From Ignisphaera sp. (lineage in GTDB: Archaea > Thermoproteota > Thermoprotei_A > Sulfolobales > Ignisphaeraceae), in the NCBI GenBank assembly GCA_038889075.1, contig JAWAHS010000002.1:268930-332929 (forward strand): DNA of 64,000 bases, written 5' to 3'. The notes beneath the pieces are model-generated. The model saw only the letters and a list, made by a program, of their open reading frames with translations. It was not told the DNA's origin and did no database searches. Numbering within the stretch: position 1 is the first letter of the stretch; every line of letters starts with the position of its first letter. Made by a program: the position numbers and the translations under genes. Shown in pieces: positions 19,184 through 29,921 of the stretch.

Positions 19184-20587
19184 ATGTCTATATCCTTAGA
19201 TTTTGGAAGAGAGATTGTTGATAGAGTATTGGAAAAGGGTGTAGATGATGTTGTTGTTAGGCTTCAGGAGAGGGTGTATGAGCTAATACTATTTGATAGT
19301 GGTGTGCTTAGAAGCTTTAATGTAACAAAGGGTAGTGGAGTTGGTATAAAGGTGTCACTCGGTGGATCAACAGGCTACAGCTACACATCATCTCTTGATA
19401 GAGAAAGTATTGCTGTAGCTATTGAGAAGGCTATTTCAGCTGCAAAGTCTTTGAGCAGACACGGTGTTTCTAAAAAATTCTGTAGCTATAGAGGGTTGAG
19501 GGGTGCTTACCAAGCTTTAGTTAAAGTTAGTCCTCTAGATGTAGATCCTGAGAGGAAAACTACTCTCGTTAGAGAATTGAATATAGAGTCTATGAAGAGA
19601 AGCGGAATTGTATCAGCAGTTACCAGATACGGATGCGAAATAGATAGAAGGATTGTAGTTACATCCTATGGTTCTGAAATAGATATGTGTGTTACAGCTG
19701 TTGGTATTTCACACATGGCTGTAGCTAAAAGTGGTGATGTTATGGAGAGGGCGCATGATCAGAAAACATTTATTGGAGGTTTTGAATACATAGATTCCTT
19801 TGACTGGACGAATTTTACAGAAGAAATTGATAAACTAGCTATAGAGGCATCGCAATCAAAAACACCTTCCCCAGGTGTCTATACAGCTGTTGTAGATAAT
19901 AGACTCATCGGACTGTTGCTCCATGAAGCATTTGGACATGCTACTGAAGGTGACACTGTAGTAGCTGGAGCATCTATTCTTAGAGGTAGAATTGGTGAAA
20001 GTATCGCCAGCAATGCTGTGACAATAGTTGACGATGGACTCATTGATGGTGGCTATCCAGTTCCGTACGACGATGAAGGTATTAAAAAGGGTAGAACAGT
20101 GGTTGTCGAGAACGGTATACTTAGAAGCTTCCTTAGTAGTAGGGATACAGCTGTAGATCTGAACCAAGGACTAACCGGAAATGCAAGAGCACAGGATATA
20201 ACATTTGATGCAATTGTTCGGCAGACAAACTTCTATATGCTTCCTGGAGAATCTAAAGTAGAGGAGCTATTCGATGGTATTTCAACGGGTTTCTACCTAT
20301 TGGGTAGAGGTGCTATGGGTGGTCAAGTAGACCCCTCCGTAGGTACATTCACATTTAGCATAGGACCATCCTATATAATAAGGAATGGCGAGCCCTCAGA
20401 GCTTGTTAGGGGTACTATTGTAAGTGGGAATATCATTGAAACTCTAAAGGAGGTTGATCTTATTGCAAAAGATCTTAGGGTGGATACATCGGTTTTTGGT
20501 GGATGTGGTAAAGGTGGACAGATGGTTAGAGTAGGTACAGGAGGTCCACATATAAGGGTTAGAAGGATTGTTATTGGAGGTGCATAG
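19184..20587 (+). CDS. tldD: TldD family metalloprotease
   Basis: HEAFGHATEGD, YDDEG, TGNAR, CGKGGQMVRVGTGGPH. Confidence 0.93.
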   Translation: MSISLDFGREIVDRVLEKGVDDVVVRLQERVYELILFDSGVLRSFNVTKGSGVGIKVSLGGSTGYSYTSSLDRESIAVAIEKAISAAKSLSRHGVSKKFCSYRGLRGAYQALVKVSPLDVDPERKTTLVRELNIESMKRSGIVSAVTRYGCEIDRRIVVTSYGSEIDMCVTAVGISHMAVAKSGDVMERAHDQKTFIGGFEYIDSFDWTNFTEEIDKLAIEASQSKTPSPGVYTAVVDNRLIGLLLHEAFGHATEGDTVVAGASILRGRIGESIASNAVTIVDDGLIDGGYPVPYDDEGIKKGRTVVVENGILRSFLSSRDTAVDLNQGLTGNARAQDITFDAIVRQTNFYMLPGESKVEELFDGISTGFYLLGRGAMGGQVDPSVGTFTFSIGPSYIIRNGEPSELVRGTIVSGNIIETLKEVDLIAKDLRVDTSVFGGCGKGGQMVRVGTGGPHIRVRRIVIGGA

Positions 20588-20589
20588 AA

Positions 20590-21930
20590 ATGGATATAGT
20601 TAACATTGTAGAGAGAGGTTTGAAAAAAGCATGTCTGCTAGGTGCATCAGAAGCAGAGGTGTTTGTGGTTAAAGAAAGCTCCACGTCTATACTTGGTACT
20701 GTCAAGGGTTTGGAAAATATTGAATGTGGAGAGTCTATATCGGTCTCCATACGCCTTGCCATCGGCAAGAGAATCACTATTCAGACTGGTGTCTTATCTA
20801 GGGAGGAGGATATTAATAAAATGGTTGAAGATGCTATAAAGATTGTTAGGGTAGTTCCTGAGGATAAGGACTGGGTTTCGCTACCGAAATCCTTGGCTAA
20901 AACACCCGTATATGATGTAATTGATGGTAGGATTAAGGAGCCCAATCTAGATGTATTTGTAGATTTTGTCAAGAGAGGTCTTGAACAGCCTAAGGAGATC
21001 GATAGAAGGGTCTACACCACTATGGCTAGAGCCGGCTTATCATATATTACGAAGGCTATTGGAAATACCAATTACAGCCCCATATTATCTGAAAAAACAC
21101 TATTTAGCTATATAGTTATGGTAAAGGCTGTTGGGGATGGTGAGGAAACAGGCTACTATAACTACTATACAGCACCTACATTAAATGAATTCAGATTAGA
21201 GAAAGTGGTTGAAGATGCTGTAAGGATTGCTATAGCTACCCTAAAGGCAAGAGCTATTGAAACAGGTAGGTACCAGATTCTATTTACACCAAGAGTATTT
21301 GCAACCATTCTGACATCACTTATAGTACCTGCAGTAAGAGCGGACACTGTTATCAAAAATAGATCTCCACTCAAGGGTAAACTGTATAGCGAAGTCCTAT
21401 CGGAGAAATTAACAATTATAGATGATGGTGGAGCTCCTAATATGCCAGCTTCATCAGAATTCGATGATGAGGGTGTTGCAACAGCAAGGAAGACTGTATT
21501 CGATAGAGGAGTTCTAGTTACGTACCTATACGATACATACACAGCCAATATAGATGGAAAAAACTCTACAGGAAATGCTAGAAGAACAAGTTCCCTGGTA
21601 TACCCAGATGCTACAAATACAATAGTACTACCAGGAACGGAATCTATAGAGTCTATAGCTAGGGATATCAAACGGGGAGTGGTTGTATATGGGACTATAG
21701 GTGAGTGGCTGTCGAACCCTGTAAGCGGCTATCTCAATGCAACAGTAACCAACGGTGTGTATATCGAAAATGGCGAGGAAAAACACGCTGTTAAAGGAAC
21801 CGTGATTTCTGGTAATATATATGTGTTATTAGGTAAGGAGATTATAGCAGTTTCAAAAGAGTATGAGCACATAGGAAATGCAATCACACCATCAATACTA
21901 GTAGACAGGGTCTCAGTTGCAGGTAAATAA
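20590..21930 (+). CDS. pmbA: TldE/PmbA family protein
   Basis: FDDEG, STGNARR, lacks HExxH; directly follows tldD. Confidence 0.9.
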   Translation: MDIVNIVERGLKKACLLGASEAEVFVVKESSTSILGTVKGLENIECGESISVSIRLAIGKRITIQTGVLSREEDINKMVEDAIKIVRVVPEDKDWVSLPKSLAKTPVYDVIDGRIKEPNLDVFVDFVKRGLEQPKEIDRRVYTTMARAGLSYITKAIGNTNYSPILSEKTLFSYIVMVKAVGDGEETGYYNYYTAPTLNEFRLEKVVEDAVRIAIATLKARAIETGRYQILFTPRVFATILTSLIVPAVRADTVIKNRSPLKGKLYSEVLSEKLTIIDDGGAPNMPASSEFDDEGVATARKTVFDRGVLVTYLYDTYTANIDGKNSTGNARRTSSLVYPDATNTIVLPGTESIESIARDIKRGVVVYGTIGEWLSNPVSGYLNATVTNGVYIENGEEKHAVKGTVISGNIYVLLGKEIIAVSKEYEHIGNAITPSILVDRVSVAGK

Positions 21931-22000
21931 TATCATACACATACTCTAAAAATCTCATATACATCGATCGAAAATAGTATAGCATATTCTAATACAATAA

Positions 22001-22495
22001 GTGTTGTACACCATGAGATTAAGGACGCACAACATATTCAGCTTTGCAATAGCGCTTTTGGTGCTTAGGACATGGCTTTACAAGCACCTTCTCCTAACAG
22101 TATTTTCATCTATATTTCTTTCACTTTCTATTAACTGGTTTATAGACCATGTAGCTGGGCATAAAGGCTATAGAAGAACACCATATACACACTCATTTGT
22201 AACATCTGCAATTATAGCTGTGATCATTACGCTACTCTATCTCTATGCCCTAAGACTTCTTGGAGTCTATATCCCAATGGAGTTGCTATATGGAGCAGTA
22301 GCTATAGCCGTTTCACATATACTTCTAGATATGGTGACGAAGGATGGTGTATATCCACTGTGGCCATTTAGTAGGGGGAGAGTATCGGTTCTGGGGATTA
22401 GGTACGACAATCCTATAGTAAACATATTCTTTGTAATAGTTTCAATAGCTATTGTAGCTGTTATACTTCTTGATATGGCTAGATACTACCTATAG
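22001..22495 (+). CDS. Membrane-bound metal-dependent hydrolase (YdjM-like)
   Basis: TH...D..GH..RTPYTHS...SHILLD..T..GV.PLWP pattern; start may be ATG 22013. Confidence 0.8.
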   Translation: MLYTMRLRTHNIFSFAIALLVLRTWLYKHLLLTVFSSIFLSLSINWFIDHVAGHKGYRRTPYTHSFVTSAIIAVIITLLYLYALRLLGVYIPMELLYGAVAIAVSHILLDMVTKDGVYPLWPFSRGRVSVLGIRYDNPIVNIFFVIVSIAIVAVILLDMARYYL

Positions 22496-22516
22496 ATATT
22501 ACACCGATAATAATGT

Positions 22517-24124
22517 CTATACTATTTTAGGTATATACCTTTCGATAATGTAGTTAGGGTTATTCCTTAGTATCTTTACGGCATGGGGTAGATAGCTTAG
22601 TATATCATCAGGTGTTACACCATCTTCACCAATGGCATCTGCAGCAAGATCGCCAGCTAAACCGTGTACCAACACACCCATTCTAAGGGCATTTCCAAGA
22701 TCTCTATAGCCTATGCCATACATAGCAGCTATTGTGCCCGTAAGGACATCTCCACTACCAGCCTTTGCCATTCCAGGATTTCCAGTCATATTGATGTATA
22801 TATAACCATCCGGATAGCCAATTATGCTATGGGCACCCTTTAAAACAATATAGATGTTCAACTCTCTGGCAATATTTCTTACTATATTAATCGGATCCTC
22901 CTGAATATCCTTAATATCAATACCTGAAACTCTTGAAAATTCAACTAGATGTGGTGTAAGTATTGGCGGCACTTTTCTTCTCTTTAATACATCTAGATTT
23001 CTAGCGATAGCTGTAATGCCATCGCCATCTATAATAACCGGTCTATCAATACTTTCAGTAAGCTCTATAATGAGTTGCTGAGTCTCCTCATTAAGTGAAG
23101 TTCCAGGACCTAAGGCTACTATATCTATATCGAACCGATCTATAATCTCCATTATATAGCTGTAGTTGGTTTTCGAAATACTTCCCTCTGAAGTTTCCTC
23201 AAGTGGAATGTATACGACTTCATTGCATTTAGCAGCTATAGTTGGCACTATAGACTTTGGTGTAGCTAGTCTCGAGTATCCTCCACCAGCTCTTAGAAAT
23301 GAATAAGAAACATAGTATGGCGCACCGTAGTAGTATCTAGAACCTGCAATTGCGAGAAACTTTCCAAAGGTACCCTTATGACCCCATCTAATCCTTTCTG
23401 GTAGTGGTATGGGTGTGTTAAATTCAGCTTTTATGGAACTATAGAGTTGTGGCGGGTATGAAAGGTGTGAGATATATAGCTTTCCACAGTAGCTGTATCC
23501 AGGGTAGAGAATATTTCCATACTTTGGAAGACCGAATGTCACAGTATAGGCGGATCTGATAGCAACACCGTAAATCTTACCGTTATCACCACCAATACCA
23601 GATGGGATATCCACACTAACTACAGGCTTACCAGAGCCGTTTATAGTCTCTATTACGCTTCTATGAATTCCTTTTACCTCATCCTTTAGGCCTATACCTA
23701 TAATGCCAACGACAAGAGCGTCACACCACTTTAAACCATCAATAAGTTTTTGTAGATCGTTCTGATCTCTAATAAAATCTATGGGTATACCAAAATTTTT
23801 GATTATTTCAAAATTGATTTTCGTAAGTTCTGTGAACTTAGATGGATCTCCGACTATAAAGACTCTAACACTACCCCCACCAGAGAATATTCTTCTAGCA
23901 GCAACGAGAGCGTCACCACCATTATTACCAGTTCCAGCAACTACCAGAAACTTCTTTCCATGTACACCAATATTCTCTAAGATCACACTATATATAGCAG
24001 TTCCAGCATCTTCCATAAGCAGACGGTGGTCTACACCGAATATGCGGAGAGCATCTTCATCAATTTTCCTCATTTCAGCAACACTACATATCTTAATACA
24101 ATAGCGATTCACTGTACACACCAT
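22517..24124 (-). CDS. nnr: Bifunctional NAD(P)H-hydrate epimerase/dehydratase (NnrE-NnrD)
   Basis: GTGNNGGD, VDIPSG, HKGTFG, TPHLVEF, LKGA, AGSGDVLTG. Confidence 0.93.
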   Translation of the reverse strand: MVCTVNRYCIKICSVAEMRKIDEDALRIFGVDHRLLMEDAGTAIYSVILENIGVHGKKFLVVAGTGNNGGDALVAARRIFSGGGSVRVFIVGDPSKFTELTKINFEIIKNFGIPIDFIRDQNDLQKLIDGLKWCDALVVGIIGIGLKDEVKGIHRSVIETINGSGKPVVSVDIPSGIGGDNGKIYGVAIRSAYTVTFGLPKYGNILYPGYSYCGKLYISHLSYPPQLYSSIKAEFNTPIPLPERIRWGHKGTFGKFLAIAGSRYYYGAPYYVSYSFLRAGGGYSRLATPKSIVPTIAAKCNEVVYIPLEETSEGSISKTNYSYIMEIIDRFDIDIVALGPGTSLNEETQQLIIELTESIDRPVIIDGDGITAIARNLDVLKRRKVPPILTPHLVEFSRVSGIDIKDIQEDPINIVRNIARELNIYIVLKGAHSIIGYPDGYIYINMTGNPGMAKAGSGDVLTGTIAAMYGIGYRDLGNALRMGVLVHGLAGDLAADAIGEDGVTPDDILSYLPHAVKILRNNPNYIIERYIPKIV

Positions 24125-24208
24125 GGTAGATCTATGTTTAGAGGCTAAATAACCTAGATATCTGTTGAAGGTTTATTAAGAATTTTAGCTGAACTACTTC
24201 CATAGTGA

Positions 24209-25102
24209 TTGGATGGGATAATGTTTTCCAGATACATAGCTATAATCGTTCTACTACTAATTGTTGTAGCCATAGGTATTACTGCGGTAGCGAATGTTCT
24301 CATCACAAGGTTTTCAGATATAGAAAAAGAGAAAGTACCTATCAGCGTATCTGATAAGGATAAAGCTGCTACCCCAGTGAAAGTGAATATATCTATTATG
24401 GATGGTGTTATTCTGCTACCCTATCCTATGATAAGAAAAAATGTTCTATCTACTGAGGAGGCAATCGCATTTAGGAGAAGTGTTAGAGAATACCAGAATA
24501 TGCCTATATCGATAGAACAGCTCTCGCAACTTCTATGGGCTACATATGGAGTTTCAGAAACTAGACATGGTTTGAAAACCACACCCAGTGCAGGGGCTAC
24601 ATATCCGTTGGAGATGTACATTGTTGTTGGTGAGGAAAAGGTTACTCTACCGGATGCCAGTACTCTTCAAGCTGGTGTATACAAATACGATCCATATACA
24701 CACAGTCTCAGATTGGTAAGGGTTGGGAATTTTATGGAAGAACTTTCCAAAGCTGCAGTAAATCAAAGGTGGGTTAAGGAGGCGGCCGTCAACATAGTTA
24801 TATGTGCTGTGTACGAAAGGACTACAAGGGTATATGGTGAGAGAGGCTATAGATACGTATATATGGAAGTTGGACATGCAGGACAGAACATATATCTAGA
24901 GGCTACGGCATTAAATTTGGGGGCTGTAGTAATTGGTGCTTTTCATGATGATTGGGTGAAAAGCATTGTGAATGCTGATGAAAATGAGCATCCACTTTAC
25001 ATAGTATCTGTAGGAGTTCCTAGGGAAATCTATAGGATTTCCGAGGATGAGATAGCGAAATATATTGATAGCAGGAGAAGAGAAAAGGGTTTGGTGCAGT
25101 AA
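24209..25102 (+). CDS. SagB/ThcOx-type nitroreductase-family dehydrogenase with N-terminal membrane anchor
   Basis: RRSVREY, PSAGATYPLE, YGERGYRY, EVGHAGQNIYL, IGAF. Confidence 0.88.
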   Translation: MDGIMFSRYIAIIVLLLIVVAIGITAVANVLITRFSDIEKEKVPISVSDKDKAATPVKVNISIMDGVILLPYPMIRKNVLSTEEAIAFRRSVREYQNMPISIEQLSQLLWATYGVSETRHGLKTTPSAGATYPLEMYIVVGEEKVTLPDASTLQAGVYKYDPYTHSLRLVRVGNFMEELSKAAVNQRWVKEAAVNIVICAVYERTTRVYGERGYRYVYMEVGHAGQNIYLEATALNLGAVVIGAFHDDWVKSIVNADENEHPLYIVSVGVPREIYRISEDEIAKYIDSRRREKGLVQ

Positions 25103-25123
25103 ACTGGTATTGGATAAAAATAT

Positions 25124-25636
25124 CTAGGTCTTTGGTTTATAGAATGGATGTGTTACTCTATCCTTTTGTGCAAGAATATCGTCTATCTTTGGTTCTCCAG
25201 CCATCGCTCTCTTCAATGCCAGTTTTGTCGCTTCGTAATTAAATTTGAATACCTTATCAGCATCTCTAGCAGCTGGATGTATAAATACACCACATATTAT
25301 AACAACGTCATCAACAATATCCTTTGGTATAATACCTTCTGCAACAGCATCTGAAACAGCCTTTGCAACAGCATACTGAGCAGCACCAAAGATAAGCTCG
25401 GCTTGCTCCATCTTCTTAATTGTAACCTTTGGAACTATAAGAGTAACAGGCTTTGCTAGGAGATTGGGTGTTAGAACAGCGAATAGTTTTGTATGACCAT
25501 ACGTTTGATGAGCCAGCCCAAAGGTAAAACCTATACCCGCAGGACCATCCTTATCCCCAATTATTAGATCAATATGTGCAACCTCATTGCCTTCACCCAC
25601 CAAAGCTTCTCCAAATCTAATACCTATTTTTCCCAT
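25124..25636 (-). CDS. fae: Formaldehyde-activating enzyme (H4MPT hydro-lyase), stand-alone
   Basis: GEALVGEGNEVAHIDLIIG, GHT, PNL..KP.T, KVTIK, FG.AQ.AVA.AV, VFIHP, NYEATK.A..RAM; no Hps fusion. Confidence 0.92.
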   Translation of the reverse strand: MGKIGIRFGEALVGEGNEVAHIDLIIGDKDGPAGIGFTFGLAHQTYGHTKLFAVLTPNLLAKPVTLIVPKVTIKKMEQAELIFGAAQYAVAKAVSDAVAEGIIPKDIVDDVVIICGVFIHPAARDADKVFKFNYEATKLALKRAMAGEPKIDDILAQKDRVTHPFYKPKT

Positions 25637-25717
25637 TCCAACCACCACACTATTTTTAGCGCAGCTCCTATATAAAGCTTAGTTTACATTGAATAGTACA
25701 GCTTGCTTAGTTTAATT

Positions 25718-25774
25718 GGGATCAGCTGCCACTGAACATATCATCAATCAAAACCGGAGTACATTCATCATCCT
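25718..25774 (-). ncRNA. Box C/D guide sRNA
   Basis: Minus strand: C ATGATGA (25771-25765), guide ATGTACTCCGGTT, D' TTGA, C' TGATGA, guide TATGTTCAGTGGCAG, D CTGA (25725-25722); TATA-like CTTAATTA ~25 nt upstream. Confidence 0.8.
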
Positions 25775-25905
25775 ATTCCACAGATGTATGCTGGTAATTA
25801 AGTATCTTTATGATGTCGACACTTATTTTGTAAATAATTGATCGTAGGAAATAGTATCGAATTTAATTAAATACGGGTTTAGAGATAGAAGACCGGTTAG
25901 CTACT

Positions 25906-26640
25906 TCATAGTAGAAGTCCTACAATAATCTTTGGCATAATTCCGAGTAGCACTAGTACTGCGGTAGTAACCATCATTAGTGCTACATCGATTTCTTTTA
26001 TCGAGAATTGAATATTCAGTTCAGGTATTCCATACATATATACAGCTTCAGCTACATCTCTGCCGTAATTAATAGAGTAGATTATAAGTGGTTTTACAGC
26101 TTTTTGCAATACCTTACCACCGTACTTCAATCTTATGGTTGTTAGAGCCTCTGAATATGCTACTAGTATAGGTGAGAGTTGTGTTAATGTTATTGTAACT
26201 AGTGTAGCTATATTTGTCAATCCCATCTTCTTTAGAAACCAGCTATACTCACTAATTTTTATCCATTGAAAGGCTATAGTTATTGCGAGGAAAAATTCTA
26301 CAACTCTTATGGTTGATACCACCATATCCTCAAGGTTTGCAGGTTCATAGCCGAGAATTATAGAGAGCGTTCTTGTAATTAAGCCCAGTACTATAAATAT
26401 TGCTATAAATACGATGGCTGAGGCGACATTCTTTAGGCTACCTATGTATAGTAGTATTGAGAGTTCAATAGCAAGTATAGCTACAAGTTGTATTGATGCT
26501 AACAGTATGTGATTCGGATTGATGGCAAGGATTAGAAAGAGCATAATGGTTACCGGTATGTAGAGTTTTGTTGTAAGAGACAATCCGGTATCGACCCTGT
26601 ATGTAAAGAGGTATGCCAGTTGCCTTAGCATGTCAATCAC
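25906..26640 (-). CDS. ECF transporter transmembrane (T) component, divergent
   Basis: Hydrophobic; follows ECF S and double ATPase genes in one operon. Confidence 0.65.
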   Translation of the reverse strand: MIDMLRQLAYLFTYRVDTGLSLTTKLYIPVTIMLFLILAINPNHILLASIQLVAILAIELSILLYIGSLKNVASAIVFIAIFIVLGLITRTLSIILGYEPANLEDMVVSTIRVVEFFLAITIAFQWIKISEYSWFLKKMGLTNIATLVTITLTQLSPILVAYSEALTTIRLKYGGKVLQKAVKPLIIYSINYGRDVAEAVYMYGIPELNIQFSIKEIDVALMMVTTAVLVLLGIMPKIIVGLLL

Positions 26641-28057
26641 TATATATCGTGGTTATGGTATCGAGATCTATACTGTGAAGTGCTTTGCTACTAGATGTAT
26701 ACTCTATTAGAGAACCGTTGTCTAATTTGTATAGCTTAAACCCTTTCAAAAGTGGAATTGAGTCGCTACTGCTGATGGTTACTATCTTTGCTCCTGGTAC
26801 CGTTTCCAAGTACTCTATTAGAGCAATACGATCAGTATATGTTAGTCCTGAAAATGGTTCATCGAGAAGGAAAATATTGAAGCCTGCAGCCAGCGATAGT
26901 GCTACAGCTAGTTTTTCCTGCTGTCCCCAAGATAAGGTGAATGGAGTCTGCATTAAGTCGTCAAATCCGTACTTCTTAAGAATTGAATAGCCGCTCGAAT
27001 AGCATTTCTTTGAATCTTTACTATTTCTACATATATTCTTCAATTCCAGTTCTACGGATTCTTCAGTAAAGAATAGCGATACGAGTTGGGGTATGTATAT
27101 AGCTTTTCCAAATCTCTTTACAGATCCCTTCTGAGGCTTTAGATAGCCAGCTATAATTTTCAACAGGGTGGATTTCCCTGAACCATTATAGCCGTAGATG
27201 GCAATAGCATCATTTTCATTAATACGTATGGAAATGTTTTTCAAAACAGTATTACTGTCGTATCTGAACCAGACACTATCTATAATAGCAACCTCTCTAC
27301 CACCAGGGGTGCTCCTACCTATAGATGCTACTCTATTCTCGGATTGGATAAGGTATGATTTTCTAAAGGTATCTAGAGGTACCTCCTTAATAGATCCATT
27401 TGAGAATTTCTGCACCCTGTCAACAAAGTTCATCAATGGTATAAACCTATGTTCGAATATCACTATGGTTATTCCACTACTCTTTAGCCTAGCTAGAGTA
27501 TCTAGAAAATCCTTAACACCTATATCATCGAGCCACATGAGGGGCTCATCAAAAATTATGATCTTCGGTTTTGAGAGCATCGCCTTAGCTATAGCAACTC
27601 TTCTAAGTTCACCTCCAGAGAGTTCAAAGTAGAGTCTGTTAAGGATGTGTTTAATCTTTAGAGAGCTGGAAACAGTATCTAGTGCTTCCTCTGCCTTTTT
27701 TCTATCTCCATATATTTGAAGAGAGTAGCTGTAGAGATCTTCATAGACATGTGGATATATGAAGTGTGTTCTAGGATCCTGGTTAACAATTTGGATAACC
27801 TTTCTAAGTTCTTCAATGCTATAATCTTCAAGCATCTTGCCATCTATTGCTATAGTGCCTCTAATTTCACCACCATAGATGTTAGTTCCTATACCCATTA
27901 TAGCTCTAATTAGTGTCGTTTTTCCACAGCCACTTCTTCCAATGACTAGGAGGGTTTCACCTTCGTATACATCTAGATCTAGGGATCTTAAAATCCAGCT
28001 ACTATTCGGATATCTAAACCATAGACTTTTAGCTTCTAGCACCTTCTTTTTCGCCAA
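26633..28057 (-). CDS. ECF transporter double-domain ATP-binding protein (A-A')
   Basis: Two ABC domains: GRSGCGKT/LSGGE/DEP and GYNGSGKS/LSWGQ/DEP; true start may be lower (~28035). Confidence 0.88.
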   Translation of the reverse strand: MAKKKVLEAKSLWFRYPNSSWILRSLDLDVYEGETLLVIGRSGCGKTTLIRAIMGIGTNIYGGEIRGTIAIDGKMLEDYSIEELRKVIQIVNQDPRTHFIYPHVYEDLYSYSLQIYGDRKKAEEALDTVSSSLKIKHILNRLYFELSGGELRRVAIAKAMLSKPKIIIFDEPLMWLDDIGVKDFLDTLARLKSSGITIVIFEHRFIPLMNFVDRVQKFSNGSIKEVPLDTFRKSYLIQSENRVASIGRSTPGGREVAIIDSVWFRYDSNTVLKNISIRINENDAIAIYGYNGSGKSTLLKIIAGYLKPQKGSVKRFGKAIYIPQLVSLFFTEESVELELKNICRNSKDSKKCYSSGYSILKKYGFDDLMQTPFTLSWGQQEKLAVALSLAAGFNIFLLDEPFSGLTYTDRIALIEYLETVPGAKIVTISSSDSIPLLKGFKLYKLDNGSLIEYTSSSKALHSIDLDTITTIYSD

Positions 28058-28652
28058 CTAGTGTGACACCCATCGCTTTAACAATTCTTATCAATGGTAT
28101 AGAGAGTAGCGCTACATATACTGCAGCTACAGTATTGAATACAGCTATATGTGGAAGTATAAATATTGTGAAGCTCCATGCCTGCTCCCACGATTTTACC
28201 CATCCCATAATCTGTAACCAATAAGGTGTAACAGCTAGGTTTATCAAGCACATTACGGATACTCTACTTACTGCTGCAATAGCAACCAATGGTAGTAAGC
28301 TCCTTAAACCTGCTGTAGAGGGTTTAACCCTTCTGTACATAGCAACCACGGGAAGGAATGTTGAGAGTTCTGCTAAAACCTTCATCGAGGGTCCTATCGG
28401 ATCCATGGCACCTCCAAGAGCAAATATACCTAAATAGAAAACTGGAAGTCCGAGTACAGTTGTTTCAATCAGTGCTATGAAGGCAGATACCATTAGAGGG
28501 ATACCACATAGGTCAAACTTTAGAAACGTTGCTGGAGGATATGGAATTTTAAATATATGTAGCACTATTGCTGAACCTATGAGGCCTGCTATAACAGCTA
28601 TCTTCCAACTCTTTGTAGTTGGATTAGCACTCTTTACCATCATATAACACAC
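28029..28652 (-). CDS. ECF transporter S component (RibU/PanT-like)
   Basis: PYPPATFLKFDLCGIP, RVSVMCLIN..VTP, ILPHIAVFN; ~6 TM. Confidence 0.8.
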   Translation of the reverse strand: MCYMMVKSANPTTKSWKIAVIAGLIGSAIVLHIFKIPYPPATFLKFDLCGIPLMVSAFIALIETTVLGLPVFYLGIFALGGAMDPIGPSMKVLAELSTFLPVVAMYRRVKPSTAGLRSLLPLVAIAAVSRVSVMCLINLAVTPYWLQIMGWVKSWEQAWSFTIFILPHIAVFNTVAAVYVALLSIPLIRIVKAMGVTLVGEKEGARS

Positions 28653-28907
28653 TATCTATATGCATTTAATAGTTTGAACTTTAAAGCTTTAACTACATAA
28701 AATAATATATCGTATTATTTGACTGGGATTGCAACTAGTTCAAAACACCAGGGTTTATAGATACTGGTACACGCTATCCTATAGAGACATATCTACATAG
28801 GAATGCTCGAGAAATTCTAAATGGAGAAAACATATATATTAGCTATCAAACAATATGTTATTAAAGTACCTCTAGATCTACCTTTAAAATGGTAAAATCC
28901 GATAGGT

Positions 28908-29921
28908 GTGGCACAATTGAATATGGTGGAGGGTTTCTACCTTAGACTCTACGATGGTAACATATTTTATGTAAAGGGAGTTTCTCATCCAATAGATAGA
29001 GTTGTTGCATTTCCGAAATATGTAAAGTCTATGGATGGCAATAGAATTGCACTTGATGGAAGTCGGTATGTTAAGGTTGCAGGTATAGAGTCGGAGTATA
29101 GAATTGTTTTTGAACAGTATAGCCGTTATTTAGTCTATGATGAGTATTTTGGTAGAAGGGTGGTACTTGTACCATTGGAGGACATTGCCGAGGTCTACAA
29201 TCCTATTGATAAAGCATTGAAGATTATTAGGGGTACAGTTGAAGGAGTTCTAGTGGATGTTAGAGACATGTTGATGGATATAATTAATGCCACTGGTGTT
29301 AAAAATATTGGTGTCTCCGGATCCATCCTGGTAGATCTATATAGAGAGGACTCTGATATAGACATTGTTGTTTTTGGTGATGCTGATTGTAGGAAGGTCT
29401 ACAGCTTTCTTAGCGAAGTTATAGATAAACCAGATTCAAGGATCAGGAGATATGATAAGGATAGCATTGCAAATCTCTACTTGAGTAGAGCTACCGAAAC
29501 TCCTATTGGATTTGAAGAGCTTGTTGCCCAGGAGAGGAGAAGGGTATTAGAGGGTCTGTATAGGGATAGGGAGTACTTTATTCGACTCATAGATACAAGC
29601 CATGCTGATGATGTATATGGTGTATATAGGTGTAGAAAGCTCGGCACCTCAACTATGAAGCTTAGAATAGTGGATGCTAAAAGATCCATATATACACCGT
29701 GTAGATATGGTGTAGAGGTTCTAGAAGTTTTGGAAGGCATTGAGATTGATGTTGAGGAGGTGTACAGTCTTAGGGGCAGATTTAATGAAATAGCTTACGA
29801 GGGTGAAATTGTTATTGCTAGAGGCACTATTGAGCTACTCGAGTATAGAAATGGGGGTAGAAAATGTAGGCTGTATCTCGGAGATCCAGGAGACTACATG
29901 TATTTAGCTAGAGTGGCTTGA
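28908..29921 (+). CDS. Archaeal predicted nucleotidyltransferase (COG1665-like)
   Basis: GVSGSILV...SDIDIVVFG Pol-beta NTase motif; N-terminal FYVKG..HP..RV.AFPKY; C-terminal OB-like region. Confidence 0.75.
   Translation: MAQLNMVEGFYLRLYDGNIFYVKGVSHPIDRVVAFPKYVKSMDGNRIALDGSRYVKVAGIESEYRIVFEQYSRYLVYDEYFGRRVVLVPLEDIAEVYNPIDKALKIIRGTVEGVLVDVRDMLMDIINATGVKNIGVSGSILVDLYREDSDIDIVVFGDADCRKVYSFLSEVIDKPDSRIRRYDKDSIANLYLSRATETPIGFEELVAQERRRVLEGLYRDREYFIRLIDTSHADDVYGVYRCRKLGTSTMKLRIVDAKRSIYTPCRYGVEVLEVLEGIEIDVEEVYSLRGRFNEIAYEGEIVIARGTIELLEYRNGGRKCRLYLGDPGDYMYLARVA

Noticed and set aside
19184-25102. TldD/TldE + SagB-type dehydrogenase as an azole RiPP (microcin B17-like) cluster
   Set aside because: No YcaO, E1-like protein or Cys/Ser/Gly-rich precursor nearby; the genes are separated by nnr and are common stand-alone archaeal genes
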